A stretch of DNA of 20,000 bases, taken from NCBI GenBank assembly GCA_964632485.1, contig CAZWDO010000007.1, forward strand, positions 176,273 through 196,272, given 5' to 3'. The translations under genes and the position numbers were made by a program. Each line of letters begins with the position of its first letter. Within the stretch, counting starts at the first letter, position 1. The notes under the pieces were generated by a model. That model had not been told where the DNA came from. It was given only the letters and a program-made list of their open reading frames with translations, and made no database searches. Below are positions 15,929-20,000 of the stretch, piece by piece. The DNA comes from an uncultured bacterium (lineage in GTDB: Bacteria; JAGOEH01).

Positions 15929-18478
15929 ATGTTTCGTTCCATCCGTTTCGTCTATTCGTTTCTGGAAATTGTTACCCTGCTTATTATCATTTTTTTCGGC
16001 TACTACCTGCTGATTCTGGTGCAACATCAGATCAGGCAAAAGTACCTGGACACGCATGTCGCCGAAATCAACAAGGTCGATATCATCATCACCGGCTTTT
16101 TCCAGGCAAATGAGGAAATCTTCACCAATTACTCCCGCATGGATGACCCGGCCCGCGCCATCGAGCTCTTACCCGCATTTTCCGATATTTATTATCTTGA
16201 CCGGAATCTATCCATCAGCCATATTCTGAAAAAAGGAAAAGACAGCCAGATATTCCCGGGATATAATTTCAGCCGGAGCCGCCTGGCGCAATTCCTGCAT
16301 GCAATACCATCCGGAACATGCCGGTATTCTCCGATTCACCGCTCGCCCGAAAACGATAAACTGAGCGTCTATCTGGCCATCCGTCAGCATGATGGCTTTC
16401 TGGTGGGCCGCATGGGGCTGGAAAAAATCGAACGCGCTTTAACCAAAATCGCCCAGTACACAAACAGCATCATCATCATCGCTACCAGCGATGGCTACAT
16501 CCTGTCCAATACCGAAGACTCATTCTGGCTTTATGTCATGCCCGACAAGAGCCAGCGGGAGATCCGCGGCGAGCGGGATTACCTTTACACGCGGGAAAAA
16601 AGCGCCATTTTGGAAAACGATGTGGCGATTCTGACGCCGATGGCCGATGCCTATCTGATCATCAGCCATATCCGCAGCACCTTCAAGATCGTGATTGGAA
16701 TCGTGTTGGGGATACTGATCGCAAAGTTCCTCATCCAGGCGCGCATGCTCATCGTTCCTCTGGGGCGCTTCGTACTGATGTTGAGGGAATGGGAAGTCGG
16801 CAACGAACCCGGAGCCGTACCCAGCGGATTCCTGCGGTTTTCCGAAATCTCCACCCTTTACCGTACCTTCCGGGAAAAAAGCGCCCAAATCAGCGCAGCC
16901 CATGAATCCCTGGCGGCTAAAGAAGATGACATGCGGCGAATGCAGGCCTATTTGAAGAACATCATCGACTCCATGCCTTCGATGCTGATTTCCGTGGATG
17001 AGGAGAACCGGATTCGCGAATGGAACACGGCCGCCGTCCAATTTACCGGGATCGCGGCTACGGACGCCATTGGCCGTGAATTATGGGACGTAGCGCCTGA
17101 TTTCCGCAGATATAAGTCGATTTGCGATAAAGTCATCAGCCTGCGAACGTTTCATGAGCTTGAAAAGGAAATCATGCACAGGGGCAATGAACGGCATGTC
17201 AAAAAAATCTCATTTTTTCCGCTGATTCAAAATGGCGTCCACGGCATGGCCATTCGGATTGACGACATCACGGAGCTGGAGAAAATCGAACAGGAACTGA
17301 TTCAGTCCCAGAAAATGGAAACCATCGGCATTCTGGCTGGCGGCTTGGCCCATGATTTCAACAACGTTCTGGGAGGTATCGTCGGCACCTTGTCCCTCGT
17401 CAAATACAAGCTGAAAAAAGAAAAGGACGCCTACTGGCTCAAAACCGAACTGGACAACTATCTCGCCACAATGGAGGAATCGGCCAATCGCGCCACCGAC
17501 ATCGCCAATCAATTGCTGACCTTGTCCAGAAAACAGACCCTGAATATCGCCAGCGTCGACCTGAATCATACCGTCGAAAATGTGGTGAAAATCTGCCGAA
17601 ACACCTTCGACAAATCGATCACCATCACGACAGAATACGTTTCCGAACCAGCCGCGGTCAAAGGCGACGCCACCCAACTGGAACAGGTAACGCTCAATCT
17701 CTGTGTCAATGCAGCCCATGCCATGACCATCATGCGGAGCCCTCAGGAAATCCAGGGGGGAAAGCTGACTATCCGCCTGGAGCAAATTTTTGCCGATCCC
17801 TTCTTTTGCAAATCGCATCCCGATGCCGTTCAGAACCTTCCATATTGGAGCCTGAGGATTCACGACACCGGTGTCGGCATGGAACCAAAAACCATCACCA
17901 AAATCTTCGATCCGTTCTTCAGCACCAAGGATAAAAGCCGGGGAACCGGGCTGGGATTATCAATGGCCTATAACATCGTCAAACTGCATAAAGGATTTAT
18001 TGATGTCTATTCAGAATTGGGCCGGGGGACGACATTCAATGTGTACCTGCCGGTTTCAGCCGAAATGCCGGCCGAGGAAGCGGAACAGCAGGAAGAGGAA
18101 CTCGTCGCCGGAGAAGGCATTGTTCTAGTAGTCGATGATGAAGCGGTTATGCGGGATTTGGCCCGGGATATCCTGCGCTTCTGCGGCTATGAGGCGCTGC
18201 TGGCCAAGGACGGCGAAGAAGCGGTCCCGCTTTTTGCCCGGCACCATCAGGATATCCGCTTAGTGATTCTGGATATGGCCATGCCCCGCAAATCGGGACT
18301 CGATACATATCGGGAACTGATCGCCATCGACGCGAACGTGAAAGCGCTAATCGTATCCGGATTCGCACAGGATGATCGCATCCAACAAACCCTGGAGCTG
18401 GGAGCAAACGGCTTCATCCAAAAACCCTACACCCTCAAGCGGCTTTCCCAGGCGATTGCCCGAATCCTGAACGCATGA
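15929..18478 (+). CDS. Membrane hybrid sensor histidine kinase (Cache-like sensor, PAS, HisKA, HATPase, REC)
   Basis: Two TM segments; PAS (IIDSMPS..EWNTAA); H-box SQKMETIGILAGGLAHDFNN; NLCVNA, DTGVGM, FDPFFSTK, GTGLGL; REC VLVVDDE, ILDMAMP, FIQKPY. Confidence 0.95.
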   Translation: MFRSIRFVYSFLEIVTLLIIIFFGYYLLILVQHQIRQKYLDTHVAEINKVDIIITGFFQANEEIFTNYSRMDDPARAIELLPAFSDIYYLDRNLSISHILKKGKDSQIFPGYNFSRSRLAQFLHAIPSGTCRYSPIHRSPENDKLSVYLAIRQHDGFLVGRMGLEKIERALTKIAQYTNSIIIIATSDGYILSNTEDSFWLYVMPDKSQREIRGERDYLYTREKSAILENDVAILTPMADAYLIISHIRSTFKIVIGIVLGILIAKFLIQARMLIVPLGRFVLMLREWEVGNEPGAVPSGFLRFSEISTLYRTFREKSAQISAAHESLAAKEDDMRRMQAYLKNIIDSMPSMLISVDEENRIREWNTAAVQFTGIAATDAIGRELWDVAPDFRRYKSICDKVISLRTFHELEKEIMHRGNERHVKKISFFPLIQNGVHGMAIRIDDITELEKIEQELIQSQKMETIGILAGGLAHDFNNVLGGIVGTLSLVKYKLKKEKDAYWLKTELDNYLATMEESANRATDIANQLLTLSRKQTLNIASVDLNHTVENVVKICRNTFDKSITITTEYVSEPAAVKGDATQLEQVTLNLCVNAAHAMTIMRSPQEIQGGKLTIRLEQIFADPFFCKSHPDAVQNLPYWSLRIHDTGVGMEPKTITKIFDPFFSTKDKSRGTGLGLSMAYNIVKLHKGFIDVYSELGRGTTFNVYLPVSAEMPAEEAEQQEEELVAGEGIVLVVDDEAVMRDLARDILRFCGYEALLAKDGEEAVPLFARHHQDIRLVILDMAMPRKSGLDTYRELIAIDANVKALIVSGFAQDDRIQQTLELGANGFIQKPYTLKRLSQAIARILNA

Positions 18479-18590
18479 GGCAAAATCAGAATCCGTTGGA
18501 AATTCAGGTATTTTTCGTCAAAAACCCATCCGCGGTTCTCAGCCCTTTGCCGCCACGATCCATCAACCAACAACCCAGTAGGAATGTAAG

Positions 18591-19721
18591 ATGAAACGAA
18601 TGATCGAACCCGCTATCATAACCGCCCTTGTATTCACCACTTTCTCCATTTTATGCCATGAGAAACCGGCAACATTGCCGGACAAGCTTGATGCCCGCCT
18701 GCATCAGGCCTTTCCGGATTCCCTGCCCGGCATCGCCTATGCACTGATCCAGGGCGATTCTATTCTCTACCGCGGCTGTTTCGGGGCGGAAAGCATGGAA
18801 ACCCATTCGCCAAACACACCGGCATCCAATTTCCGCATGGCCTCGGTTTCCAAACAGTTCACGGCCATGGCCATCCTGCTGCTGGAGAAACAGGGCAGCC
18901 TCTCGCTGGATGACCCGCTGCTGAAGTTTTTTCCCGATTTCAACCCCAAAGTCGGGCAAGCGGTCGCCCTGCGCCACCTGCTCACTCATACTTCCGGATT
19001 GTGGGACTACGAGTCCCTCATACCCGAAGAGCGCAGCGAACAAGTGGACGATGCGGACGTGGTCGCGATGGTGAAAACCATGGACACGACCTACTTCGCA
19101 CCGGGGACGCAATTCCGCTACAGCAATACGGGTTTCTGCATCCTGGCGGAGATCGTCGCCGGAGTATCCGGCCAACCCTACGGCGAATTCATGCGCGAGC
19201 GCCTATTCCAGCCACTGGGCATGGAGCATACCTTCATCTACAACCGCTTCGAGCCCCAAAGCGAACGCGCCCTGGGATACAAACATGACGCGGAGGAGGG
19301 CCGTATCCTCTTTTCCGATCAAAGCGTCACCAGCGCCACCAAGGGGGACGGCTGCGTCTATACCTCGCTAAACGACTACGAACGCTGGGCGCGGGCGCTG
19401 ATCGACTCCCGCCCGGTGGACCTGGACACCGCGCTGGAGCGCTGCCATTTCCGTATCTATCCCGACAAGGGGCTTTACTACGGCTGCGGCTGGTTTTTCC
19501 ACCGCGATGCCGCAGGGAAGCTTGAGCTTTTCCACACCGGTTCCACCTGCGGCTTCAGCAACCATGCCATCATAGTCCCTGATCGCCGACTGATCGAAAT
19601 CTGCTTCTCCAACCAGGCGGACAACCACGCCATCCACCGCGCCATCGACAGCCTGCTAGAGCAATTCGGCGCGCCGCGGGCCGCTTATCCCTTCTGGCCG
19701 GCCGATGAGCTCACGCAATAG
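18591..19721 (+). CDS. Serine hydrolase, class C beta-lactamase/AmpC-like family
   Basis: FRMASVSKQF (SxxK), HLLTHTSGL, FRYSN (YxN), HTG; N-terminal signal or lipoprotein-like peptide (..SILC). Confidence 0.92.
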   Translation: MKRMIEPAIITALVFTTFSILCHEKPATLPDKLDARLHQAFPDSLPGIAYALIQGDSILYRGCFGAESMETHSPNTPASNFRMASVSKQFTAMAILLLEKQGSLSLDDPLLKFFPDFNPKVGQAVALRHLLTHTSGLWDYESLIPEERSEQVDDADVVAMVKTMDTTYFAPGTQFRYSNTGFCILAEIVAGVSGQPYGEFMRERLFQPLGMEHTFIYNRFEPQSERALGYKHDAEEGRILFSDQSVTSATKGDGCVYTSLNDYERWARALIDSRPVDLDTALERCHFRIYPDKGLYYGCGWFFHRDAAGKLELFHTGSTCGFSNHAIIVPDRRLIEICFSNQADNHAIHRAIDSLLEQFGAPRAAYPFWPADELTQ

Positions 19722-20000
19722 CTTGTGATGAAATCCGAACGGCGTGAACGGGCCTAAAGATTAGAGGCGACAGCAGACAATGGAGCACCATAGAAAAAGC
19801 ATAGCATCAATCCCGGGCTTAGCTGCCGATCCGGTGCAACAAAGAATAACTGGAATCGCATCAATTATGTCCCCATAGAGATTTTCCGATAAAGAATCTG
19901 ATCGGAATCCGGTAATTAGCTCCAAATAGCGAGGAACCCCATAGGTTCAGAGAACCGGAAGTCATAGAATTACAAATATTAGATAAGCTGTTATAAAAAA

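Noticed and set aside
499-19637. Numerous short antisense or alternate-frame ORFs in the ORF track (e.g. 3081-3488, 6383-6865, 10293-10709, 17210-17863, 18651-19175)
   Set aside because: They are shadows of well-supported genes and lack RBS or motif evidence
19861-19998. Open minus-strand frame at the window edge (FYNSLSNIC...LWGHN*)
   Set aside because: Too short and featureless to call; it may be the end of a gene outside the window

Overview
Bacterial window with two parts. Proteins ending in T9SS/FlgD-Ig-type C-terminal sorting domains point to an FCB-related lineage (inference). The lower-GC left part (1-10008) holds a sigma54-type flagellar operon flgB-flgC-[lytic transglycosylase]-fliE-fliF(partial) and a three-gene minus-strand cluster. 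That cluster encodes a redox-dead thioredoxin-like protein with a sorting domain, a 1034-aa GH18-like/Ig-like/FGE-sulfatase lipoprotein and an S66 LD-carboxypeptidase; a divergent P5C dehydrogenase follows. The right part is an accessory region. Its most striking feature is a duplicated module of hicBA toxin-antitoxin sequence plus a ~180-bp noncoding element (twin palindromes and a GG-N10-GC sigma54-like promoter). The first copy has a truncated TA and precedes a GC-mosaic 7-repeat beta-propeller-like gene that is frameshifted exactly at its secretion domain. The second copy has an intact TA but no downstream gene. After it come an orphan ORF, a solute-binding lipoprotein/hybrid histidine kinase pair and an AmpC-family serine hydrolase.
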